A stretch of DNA of 64,000 bases from Cyanophora paradoxa CCMP329 (taxonomy: Eukaryota; Plantae; Glaucophyta), in NCBI GenBank assembly GCA_004431415.1, contig QPMI01000423.1:186001-250000 (forward strand), given 5' to 3'. The notes beneath the pieces were generated by a model. It was given only the letters and a program-made list of their open reading frames with translations. It was not told the origin of the DNA and ran no database searches. Of this stretch, positions 19,534 through 30,699 are shown in pieces (the stretch's first letter is position 1; each line of letters starts with the position of its first letter). Both the position numbers and the translations under genes were made by a program.

Positions 19534-19950
19534 GTGTTACAGGTGTTACAGGTCTATCCCAAAGTTCCAAGCCGCCGACCTCCTCCTAGGGGAAAGTTTG
19601 GGATGAACCTGTAACACCTGTAACACATACCATTTTCAGTAAGAACCCATTAAAATAACATAATATCAGTCATAAAATACTATAAGTAATCATAATAATA
19701 ATACGTTATCTTTATTGTATTATACGCTCCGCGCTCCATACAGCACATTGTAGATGGTTACGTTGTTACAGGTGTTACAGGTCTATCCCAAAGTTCCAAA
19801 CCGCCGACCTCCTCCTAGGGGAAAGTTTGGGATGAACCTGTAACACCTGTAACACATAGGAAATACCATTATAATAACAGAAGATCTATTTAGAATACTA
19901 ACTTATCTTTCTTATAATACACGCTCCGCGCTCCATACAGCACATTGTAG
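19534..19950. repeat. Two direct copies of a ~93-bp hairpin built from TGTTACAGG 9-mers, each followed by a shared ~50-bp tail
   Basis: 19534-19626 (20-bp perfect stem GTGTTACAGGTGTTACAGGT / ACCTGTAACACCTGTAACAC) and 19764-19855; shared ACGCTCCGCGCTCCATACAGCACATTGTAG downstream of each. Confidence 0.9.
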
Positions 19951-20145
19951 CTGTTTACAACGGCGCCATATGCGCTCCATATCATCGTCGCATTATATCC
20001 AAAAGAACATTTTATTATTTTTCGACGGAATTCCGTTAGAATTTCACACAAATATTTCATTATTTTATTTATAATTTTATACAATTTTTCATTAAATGCA
20101 TACTCATATTATTTCCATATCATTATACACGATAATGCGTAATAT

Positions 20146-20444
20146 CACACATAGAGAAAGCCCGCGTTTTATCAGGAGGCGTGATATAATTTATCTAAGT
20201 TTAAAATCCACCTCAAATACAAATGATTACGAGAGATAGAGGTAAAATACATCGGAGATACGAATAAATTAAGTTTCAGTAAGGTTTTGGATAGTAATAT
20301 ATATGAAATACGCACATAAAAGACAAGAATAAAGGATAAAATACACATAAATTATCGTAAAATATGCAAGAAATATAGGTAAAATATAAACAAAATATAA
20401 TTAAACTTAGCCGAGGGATAAAACGCGGGCTTTCTCTATGTGTG
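20146..20444. repeat. 28-bp perfect inverted repeat at the right end of the viral element
   Basis: CACACATAGAGAAAGCCCGCGTTTTATC (20146-20173) and its reverse complement (20417-20444). Confidence 0.9.
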
Positions 20445-20456
20445 TGAAGCACTGTG

Positions 20457-23400
20457 TTCCGCGCGCCCACGCCGCGGCGCATGCGCGGAACGATAGTATA
20501 TGCATTTGAGATGTAGAAAACGCCTTCCGCACGGTCTCTAAATGCGCCGGGCCGCGAGGACCCAGCCGTCCCCGAAAATTCGATCCTGGACGGACCTGCA
20601 CATCTTTCCGCGCGCCCTCGCGTCCTCACCCATGCCCATCGCTACAGTATTCATTTGAGATCTAAAAGAAGCCTTCGGCAAGCTCTGTGGACGCGAAAGA
20701 GCACGAGAACCCAGCCGACGCCAAATTTTCGATCCTGGACAGGCCGGCACATATTTCCGCGCGCCCTCGCCTCCGCAGCCCTGGACATCGATCCTGCGTC
20801 CATTGGAGACTCTATTTAAGCGATCTTCGGGCGAAGCCTCTTCCGTAGATCGATGGTGAACGTGCGGAATTATTTTTTTTCCACTCGAGTCCGATTGGTC
20901 CGAGCGTCCAGATTCGCGACCTCCGCAATGAAGGCGAACGGTCTCCGACGTGACATAGATGTGACTGGTACCCGACGAACCGCTGTCCCATCAGCGTCGC
21001 GCGAAAATCGAATTTCCCTCGCGGATCAATTCGGGTATTTATACCCCGGGGCTCGATCGCGAAACTCCAAAAAGTGGGACCCGGTCCCGCGACGAAAGCG
21101 CGCCAGGGACGCGCCAGAGCGGTCACAATGACAGCCAAGAGCGCGCGCATCGCGGCAAGCTCGGTTTCGGCCGCCGTGGACGCTCCAGTCACTTAGTGCA
21201 CAGAGTCGGCCGAAATTTTGATCCTGCCGGTTCCGGCCGGTCTCCCGACGCGCGCATTCGATGCGTACTGGCGCGCATAGACATTCCAGGGCCTGCGCAC
21301 TCCAGATATCCGCTTTTCGGAGCCGGAACAGTGCAGGAAGGTGCCCGATGTCAAAAATTCGATCCTGCACAGCCCCGGGCAACTTTCCGCGCGCCGACGC
21401 CGCGGCGCATGCGCGGATCAATAGTATACGCATTTCAGATGTAGAAGAAGCCTTCCGCACGGTCTCTAAATGCGCCGGGCCGCGAGGACCCAACCGACCC
21501 CGAAAATTCGATCCTGGATGGACCTGTGCATCTTTCCGCGCGCCATCGCGTCCGCATCCATGCCCATTGCTACAGTATTCATTTGAGATCTAAACGAAGC
21601 CTTTCGCAAGCTCTGTGGGCGCGAAAGAGCTCGAGAACCCAGCCCACGCCAAAATTTCGATCCTGGACAGGCCGGCACATATTTCCGCGCGCCCTCTCCT
21701 CTGCAACCATGTGCATCGATCCTGCATGCATTCGAGACTCTGTTTAAGCGTTTCGCAAGCTCTGCGCATGCGCCTGGCCGCGAGAATCTCGCCCCTCCCC
21801 TCAACGCTCTCCTCTCAATTTCCTCAGGGCCTCGAGCTCAACTACAGCTAGCTAGCTGATTGGCAGCACCACTCCACTGCTCGCGAAGCCCCTGCAAAGC
21901 CCGGCTGGTCAACTGGAAAAAAAGTCCAAATTGCAACAGCATCCGGCAGCAGCGCCTCTCGCCGACAGCAGCGCCCTGCGGTGCTCGCCGACACGCTCCT
22001 AGTCCCCGGTAGCATGGTGGCAGCACCTATGACGGCTTTGCGCTAGCTCCCGGCGCGCGACCCATCTCGCGTGCGCCGTCTTGCGACTTCCGCGCAGCCA
22101 GGTCGCTCGCAGCGCAACCAACGTTCTCAGCGTGTTAGATAAGGTCGGGATCGCACCTTGCCGCGTCCCCGGTCGAGCCGTGTGAGCTTCGGACCGTCGG
22201 CAGGCGACGAGCACCTTCGGCCGCCCGCGGGCCGGCCGGCCGCCCGCCGCGCGCCTCGTATCAATCCTGCCGCTCATAGATAGTGCAGGCATCACTAATG
22301 AGTGCGTGGTGAAGCCCTGCGCGCCCCCCCTCGCACACTCCGCGCCCTGACCGACCCGCCGCTCGCAGGCCCTGCGCCGCCGAGGCATCTTTCGCCGTCG
22401 CGGAGGCCGCTCACCGCTCGCCCGCATCGCTTAGGCCCGGGAACGCGCCGCCTGCGTGTCCTGCCGCGCCTCAGGCAGATGCGCGCTCGTGTGCAATCAA
22501 GCATGTCATGCGGTTCCAGATGGCATGGCTGCGACGGCGGGGCGGTGCGGGCTGAGATGTCTAGGGCCATGAGGGACATCTAGAGCACGCGCAGAGCCCG
22601 CGTACGGGCGGCGGCACGCACCCCGCGCCAGCGGCACCTGCTCCAGTGGGGGGGTGGCACCTGGCAGATTCGATTTCGCTGCTTACTGCGAGGGCCGCCG
22701 GGCCGACGCTAACGCAGATCGATGCAAAATTTAAAAGAGCATGCGCAGCTGGAGCGCGGCCCCGGCGCATGCATCCGCAGCGGAGATCGCCCGCTTCTCC
22801 AGAAGGCTTGGGGTGGGGGCACCTGCGCGATTTGATTTCGCTCCACACAGCAAGGGTTCGCTGGGCCGCCGCTAGCGCAGATCGATGCACACCTTGATAG
22901 AGCATGTGCGTATGCATCGCGGCCCGGAGGGGTGCATCCTTAGCGGAGATCGCTTGATCACAGTCAGTGAGGTAGTGAGAGCTAGTGAGTTTCTGGGCGA
23001 CGGGCTGGCCCCAGCGGCCCGCTCTTTGAGCCACAATCATTATCACATGTAGTTATATCACTGCTCCAAGATACAGGGTGATCCGAAGTGTTTTTGGGCC
23101 CCACCGATGTTTCGAGCTTTACTCGTAGGACCCTCTCTGGTACTTTCTAGTTTTCAAGTTCCAAAATGCCACCCTGACCTGCTCATGATGCCTTATTGAA
23201 GCATCAACTCACTTAACAATGATGATTTCACGTCCCCGGGGGTTTTCAAGGGTGCTGAAGACGATGGTAGCGGTACCGAAGGCCGCCGATTTAAGCCTGG
23301 GCCCGAATTTAAGATCCACTGCAACCTGGGGCCCCACATGCCCCCAGGACGATTCTCGCCCGCCCGGTTGCAGCCAGCGCCCGGGAAGCGAGATATATAT

Positions 23401-26400
23401 CATTTAGAGACATTTACAATATTCGGCTTGCTTAAAAGAGCGCTCGCTGACCCAGAAGGCGCAGGCGGGGCAGGCTACTCGAGAATCACGATCTCATTAT
23501 CAAGATCTCAGGACGCTGGCGAGCTACTGGCGCTCTACCGGCAGAACGCTGAACAGAGAGAGAACGCGGGGCGGAGGGGGCCGCAGCCCGGGAGGGCCGC
23601 AGAGGAGGGGGGGATGCAGCCCCGCTCAGGGGGTGGTGCAGCCTAGCTGCCCCTTCGAATCGCCGCCGGCTGCTGCCGCCTAAGCCGCGCGAAGCCGCAC
23701 CACTCTGCGCGAGAGCCGCGGGCGGCGGCATCAGCGGGCGCACTGGGCGGGAGCGTGCGGCGCGCGCGGGCAGCTGCAGGCGCACCGATCTCCAAGAGCG
23801 CTCGCGGCTCCCGTTGCTGCTGCCGGCGCTCAGGCGCTTCTATCGAGAACGAAAGCTCCTTTTCGGCTCCTTTTGCTGCGCGACAACCGTTCAGCGGCGC
23901 GGTGGCGGGCCGGCGCGGTGGCGGGCAAGCGCGGGGCCCTCGCCTCGTTCTCGGCGGTCGATCCTGACCTTCCTGGACGATTAGGCGGCTTCACCGGCGG
24001 TTCTAGACGGTCGGAAAGTCGGCGCGGATGCGTCTGAGACGAAGCGAGCGGCGAGCGATGCGCACCAGCGTGACCGGGAGCCGCCCCCGGGGCGTCGGAG
24101 CTGGGCGAGTCGACCGCGCTAGCTGCGAAGTGCGGGGGGTCGGCCAGACTTCTCAAAAGCCCACGGGCGACGCTCGGTTCCCCAGGGCACGGTTGGTCAA
24201 GAAAGGTAGAGAAGCGCATGACGCACACGACTGGTTTCACTCGCACCACCACCTTTTCGTTCATCCGAGCAATCTCAAACTGCGTGAGAGGCGGAGCAGG
24301 CGTTTGCAGCTCCGGTTGCGTGGGCGCTCTTCTCCGCGTTCCGAGAGCGGTAGAAGGCATTCTTAGACGGTTGACGATGCTCCGGCACCACCTCGTCGTC
24401 CAACGAAGGCGCGGTCTCTGCCGAGTCGCTCAAACGCCACCGAGCGGGCGCTCACGGTGCTGCAACGAGCTCTCTAGTGCTGTATGTGCTGGCGCGACGG
24501 GCGTGCTGTGCTTGCCGGCTCGCCGCCGGTGCCTGGTGAGAGAGTTCCCGGGTACAGGACGAATCGACTCGGCGGGGGGGGCAAATGCAAAAGTTTGTAT
24601 GGGCTTCGCGAGCAGTGTCCTCCCCTCATTATATTCTCACCGATTCCCCTAATTCCAAAATTATATTCTCTCAGGACAACTCCACTCAGGACAACTCCCC
24701 CCATAATTGCATTCCCTCTCAACAGCCCTCCCCTCCCCTCTCCCTGCCCCACCGACCCAAAGACAGCCACGATGGGCCGCGATGATTAAGGGGGGCGCGA
24801 GGTGGGCCGCTGAGGCTTCGCCCGATGTTTGGGACCCGCAGGGGCCCAGGGCTTGTCCGTATGTCAATGGTGAACGACCGGTTCTATTTTTTTTCCAATC
24901 GAATCCGATTGGTCCGAGCGTCCAGATTCGCAACCTCCGCAATGAAGGCGACCGATCCTCGAGGTGACTTGGCTGTCCGCGGACGTGACACTTATTTTTG
25001 GACTCGAAGCTCCCCTAAGACGATCGCTCTCCCGTCGGCGTCGCGCGAAAATCGCATTTCCCTCCAGGATCAATACCGGTATTTATACCCCGGGGATCGA
25101 CCGCGAAACTCCAAAAAGTGGGACCCGGTCCCGCGACGAAAGCGCGCCAGAGACGCACCAGAGCGGGCAGAATGAGAGCCAAGAGCGCGCGCATTGCGGC
25201 AAGCTCCATTTCGGGCGCCCTCAATGCTCCAGTCCAGAGAGTCAACCGAAATTTTGATCCAGCCGGTTCCGACCGGTCCCGCGACGCGCGCATTCGATGC
25301 GTACTGGCGCGCATAGACATAGCAGGGCCTGCGCACTCCAGATATCCGCTTTTCGGAGCCGGAACAGCGCAGGAAGGTGCCCGACAGCAGAAATTCGATC
25401 CTCCACGGTCCCGGGCACCTTTCCGCGCGCCGACGCCGCGGCGCATGCGCGGATCAATAGCATAAGCATTCGAGATGTAGAAGAAGCCTTTCGCACGGTC
25501 TCAAAATGCGCCGGGCCGCGAGGACCCAGCCGACCCCGAAAATTCGATCCTGCACGGACCTGTGCATCTTTCCGCGCACCCTCGCGTCCTCACCCATGCC
25601 CAACGCTACAGTAATCATTTGAGATCTAAACGAAGCCTTTCGCAAGCTCTGCGGCCGCGACAGAGCACGAGAACCCAGCCGACGCGAAAATTTCGATCCT
25701 GGACAGGCCTTCACATATTTCCGCGCGCCCTCGCCTCCGCAGCCCTGGACATCGATCCTGCATCAATTCGAGACTTTGTTTAAGCGATTCATAACCCCTG
25801 TACATGCGCCTGGTCGCGAGAACCTCGCCCATCCCTCAACAATCTCCTCTCAATTTCCTCAGAACCTGGAGCTCAACTACAACTACCTGATTGGCAGCAC
25901 CACTCCTCCCCTCATTATATTCGCTCTCAGGGACAGCTCTTCTCTCTCAGGGACAGGGAATTTCATTATTAAATTCTTTCAGGACAGCTCCTCTCAGGAC
26001 AACTCCTCCATAATTATATTCCCTCTCACTAGCCCTCCCTCCCCTCTCCCTGCCCCAATCATGCAATAGGCTACGTATACTGACAGCCGCGACGGACCAC
26101 GATAAATAATTATAAGGGGGACGTGCCCTGCACGGAAACAACCCCCTACTTAATTTCCCTCTCATGATCACCAAACTTTGAAACCTCCCTCCCCTCTCCG
26201 CAATAAAGACGAACGGTCTCGCATGTAACACAGTACCCACGGACGTTACATAGACGTGACATTTATTTTTGGACTCGAGGCTCCCTAAGACGACCGCTCT
26301 CCCGTGGGCGTCGCGCGAAAATCGAATTTCTCTCATGGATCAATTCCTGTATTTATACCCCGGGGCTCGATCGCGAAATCCCAAAAAGTGGGACCCGGTC

Positions 26401-29400
26401 CCGCGACGAAAGCGCGCCAGGGACGCGCCAGAGCGGTCAGAATGACAGCCAAGAGCGCGCGCATCGCGGCAAGCTCGATGTCGGCCGCCGCCGACGCTCC
26501 AGTCCGAAGAGTCGGCCGAAATTTTGATCCTGCCGGTTCCGGCCGGTCTCCCGACGCGCGCATTCGATGCGTACTGGCGCGCATAGACATACCAGGGCCT
26601 GCGCACTCCAGATATCCGCTTTTCGGAGCCGGAACAGCGCAGGAAGGTGCCCGATTTCAAAAATTCGATCCTGCACAGTCCTGGACAACTTTCCGCGCGC
26701 CCAGGCCGCGGCGCACGCGCGGAACAATAGTATAAGCATTTGAGATAAAGAAGAAGCCTTTCGCACGGTCTCTAAATGCGCCGGGCCGCGAGGACCCAGC
26801 CGACCCCGAAAATCCGATCCTGGACGGACCTGCGCATCTTTCCGCGCGCCCTCGCGTCCTCACCCATGCCCATCGCTACAGTATTCATTTAAGATCTAAA
26901 CGAAGCCTTCCGCAAGCTCTGTGGCCGCGACAGAGAACGAGAACCCAGCCGACGCCAAAATTTCGATCCTGGACAGGCCTTCACATATTTCCGCACGCCT
27001 TCGCCTCCGCAGCCCTGGACATCGATCCTGTATGCATTCGAGACTATGTTTAAGCGATTCGCAAGCTCTGCGCATGCGCCTGGCCGCGAGAACCTCGCCC
27101 GTCCCCTCAAGAATCTCCTCTCAATTTCCTCAGGGCCTCGACCTCAACTACAGCTAGCTGATTGGCAGCACCACTCCTCCCCTCATTATATTCTCTCTCA
27201 GCTGAACCAATTCCCCTCAGGACGGCTCCTCTCAGGACAACTCCTCCCATAATTATATTCCCTCTCAGCAGCTCTCCCCTCTCCCTAGGCCTGCCCCACC
27301 GACCAAGCCCCTCCTCAAGCTCCTCTTAATTCTCCTCTTATTATAAAGCTAGCTGCCCTGCACGAAAACTGCTCCCCTAATTATATTTCCTCTCACCAGC
27401 CCTCCCCTCCCCTCTCCTCTCCCCCACCGACCCAGAGACAGCCACGACGGGCCGCGATGAAAAAGGGGGGCGCGAGGAGGGCGGCAGAGGCTTCGCCCGA
27501 TGTTTGGGACCCGCAGGGGCCCAGGGCTTGTCGGGCGAAGCCTCTTCCGTAGATCGATGGTGAACGTGCGGAATTATTTTTTTTCCACTCGAGTCCGATT
27601 GGTCCGAGCGTCCAGATTCGCGACCTCCGCAATGAAGGCGAACGGTCTCCGACGTGACATAGATGTGACTGGTACCCGACGAACCGCTGTCCCATCAGCG
27701 TCGCGCGAAAATCGAATTTCCCTCGCGGATCAATTCGGGTATTTATACCCCGGGGCTCGATCGCGAAACTCCAAAAAGTGGGACCCGGTCCCGCGACGAA
27801 AGCGCGCCAGGGACGCGCCAGAGCGGTCACAATGACAGCCAAGAGCGCGCGCATCGCGGCAAGCTCGGTTTCGGCCGCCGTGGACGCTCCAGTCACTTAG
27901 TGCACAGAGTCGGCCGAAATTTTGATCCTGCCGGTTCCGGCCGGTCTCCCGACGCGCACATTCGATGCGTACTGGCGCGCATAGACATTCCAGGGCCTGC
28001 GCACTCCAGATATCCGCTTTTCGGAGCCGGAACAGTGCAGGAAGGTGCCCGATGTCAAAAATTCGATCCTGCACAGCCCCGGGCAACTTTCCGCGCGCCG
28101 ACGCCGCGGCGCATGCGCGGATCAATAGTATACGCATTTCAGATATAGAAGAAGCCTTCCGCACGGTCTCTAAATGCGCCGGGCCGCGAGGACCCAACCG
28201 ACCCCGAAAATTCGATCCTGGATGGACCTGTGCATCTTTCCGCGCGCCATCGCGTCCGCATCCATGCCCATTGCTACAGTATTCATTTGAGATCTAAACG
28301 AAGCCTTTCGCAAGCTCTGTGGGCGCGAAAGAGCTCGAGAACCCAGCCGACGCCAAAATTTCGATCCTGGACAGGCCGGCACATATTTCCGCGCGCCCTC
28401 TCCTCTGCAACCATGTGCATCGATCCTGCATGCATTCGAGACTCTGTTTAAGCGTTTCGCAAGCTCTGCGCATGCGCCTGGCCGCGAGAATCTCGCCCCT
28501 CCCCTCAACGCTCTCCTCTCAATTTCCTCAGGGCCTCGAGCTCAACTACAGCTAGCTAGCTGATTGGCAGCACCACTCCTCCCCTCATTATATTCTCACC
28601 GATTCCCCTAATTCCAAAATTATATTCTCTCAGGACAACTCCACTCATGATCAGGACAACTCCCCCCATAATTGCATTCCCTCTCAACAGCCCTCCCCTC
28701 CCCTCTCCCTGCCCCACCGACCCAAAGACAGCCACGATGGGCCGCGATGATTAAGGGGGGCGCGAGGTGGGCCGCTGAGGCTTCGCCCGATGTTTGGGAC
28801 CCGCAGGGGCCCAGGGCTTGTCGGAAATCCGGGTCGGCGAACGAAATTCATGGTCACGTCCGGGTCACATCCGTCCCGCGTGTTCGCCCGCTACCCATCC
28901 TGAATCAATTCACGCACTTACCTCGACCACGTCCGGGTCACATCCGTCCCGCGTGTTCGCCCGCTACCCATCCTGAATCAATTCACGCACTTACCTCGAC
29001 GACCGCTCTCCCGTGGGCGTCCCGCGAACATCGAATTTCCCTCCAGGATCAATTCCGGTACTTGACCTCCGACAAATGCAGTCCGAGTCAGAAGGTGGGA
29101 CCCGGTCCCGCCCGGTCCCGCGACAAAATCGCGCCAGGGACGCCCCAGAACGATACAGAATGACGCGCGAGGGCGCGCACACCGCTGCAAGCTCGATTTC
29201 GGGCGCGGTCGACGCTCCAGTGTGAAGAGTCGGCCGAAAATTTGATCCAGCCGGTCCCGCCCGGTCCCGCGACGCCCGCAATCGACGCGTACTGGCGCGC
29301 ATAGACATAGCAGGACCTGCGCACTCCAGGGATCCGCTTTTCGGAGTCGGAACAGTGCAGGAAGCTGCCCGGCGGCGAAAATTCGATCCTGCACAGCCCC

Positions 29401-29830
29401 GGGCATCTTTCCGCGCGCCCACGCCGCGGCGCACGCGCGGAACAATAGTATAAGCATTTGAGATGTAGACGCAGCATTCCGCGCGCTTTGCAGATGCGCC
29501 GGGCCGCGAGGATCCAGCCGACCCCAAAAATTCGATCCTTGACGAACCTGCCCATCTTTCCGCGCGCCATCGCATCCTCACGCATGCCCATCCCTACAGT
29601 ATTCATTTGAAAGCTTTTCCAAGCTTTGCGCAAGCACTCTGCGAGCGAAAGAGCACAAGAACCCAGCCGACGCCAAAATTTCGATCCTGCACAGGCCTGC
29701 ACATATATATTTCCGTGTGCCCTTGCCTCCGCAGCCCTCCACATTGATAGTATATGCATTCGAGGTACTTTGCAAGAGATTCGCAATTGCAAGCTCTACG
29801 CATGCGCCTGGCCGCAGACACCTCGCTCCT
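20457..29830. repeat. Host tandem repeat family, ~1.1-1.4 kb diverged units with recurring AAAATTCGATCCTG sub-motifs
   Basis: About five full units plus a partial one; 20826-21874 is nearly identical to 27530-28578 (offset 6704); 73-bp tandem duplication at 28855-29000. Confidence 0.9.
21875..24617. mobile_element. Non-autonomous CACTG-ended (CMC/EnSpm-like) DNA transposon, 2743 bp
   Basis: 17-bp perfect TIRs CACTGCTCGCGAAGCCC (21875-21891 / 24601-24617); 2-bp TSD TC; empty site ACCACTCCTCCCCTC in the paralogous unit near 28,575; no transposase recognised. Confidence 0.85.
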
Positions 29831-30139
29831 CCCCTTAATGATGATCATGAGGAGCTCTAGCTCCAGGTGATAATATTTCCCCCCTAGATCTAACCTTGAG
29901 CTCGAGCTCTAGCGACCAATATATATATATTTCCCCCCTAGCTATAGATTTCACCTCGAGCTCGAGCTCCAGCGACCAATATATGCCGGCGATGAATAAG
30001 GTGGCCGCGGGCCGGGGGAGGCTTCGAAAAAGCTCAACGTTTCGCACACGCAAGCTTAAGAACCCACGTGCACGGCTTATTAATTTTATAAGTTACGCAC
30101 GGCTCGGCGGTGTACATGTACATGTAGAGGCACGGCGAG

Positions 30140-30320
30140 CCGGGCGGAGCGCAGCCTCGGAGCGCGGCGGCCTGGCGACATGACTTGGTGCACGGGGCGG
30201 AGGCACCAGGGGCGGAGCGCAGCCTCGGAGCGCGGCGGCCTGGCGACATGACTTGGTGCACGGGGCGGAGGCACCAGGGGCGGCGCCGTGGCTCGCCGGG
30301 TGGGGCGCAGCCTCGGAGCG
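30140..30320 (+). repeat. Short GC-rich tandem duplication (~67-bp unit)
   Basis: gggcggagcgcagcctcggagcgcggcggcctggcgacatgacttggtgcacggggcggaggcacca twice plus a partial copy. Confidence 0.7.
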
Positions 30321-30699
30321 CTAGCGTGCCGGTCTGGCATGCACAGCGTGGCTCAGCGGCGCCGGCTTGGCGGACGGAGCGGAGGCCCCAAGGCCAGCGG
30401 CGAGGCTCTCAGGGCGGGGCACTGCGGCAGAGGCATGCAGGGTGCACGTGGCAGCTCGCGCGTGATTGCTTGGCGGGCAGGCCATGGCGGAGCAGAGGAT
30501 CGGAACGCTCGGAGGACCCGCAGACACGGAGGCGGCGGATCCGCCGGGCCGGAGCGGCGTGCAGCCTACCGTAGTACGGTGCAGGGCCAGGTCTACGTAC
30601 ATATATACGCCTACCGAGCGCAGCCCACTAAGCCTCATTGACGCTAAGACAGACTCTCTTGATCTGAGACAGGGTCCCAGGGAGGCTGAGGGAGCAGGC

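Larger units (their letters stand above)
1..20455. mobile_element. Endogenous Polinton/Maverick-like virus (PLV), right portion; left end outside window
   Basis: AT-rich, intron-less, tightly packed ORFs including pPolB, rve integrase, TVpol-SF3 helicase, lipase and fibre genes; abrupt switch to GC-rich host repeat at ~20,450. No MCP, penton or A32 ATPase recognised in the window. Confidence 0.9.
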
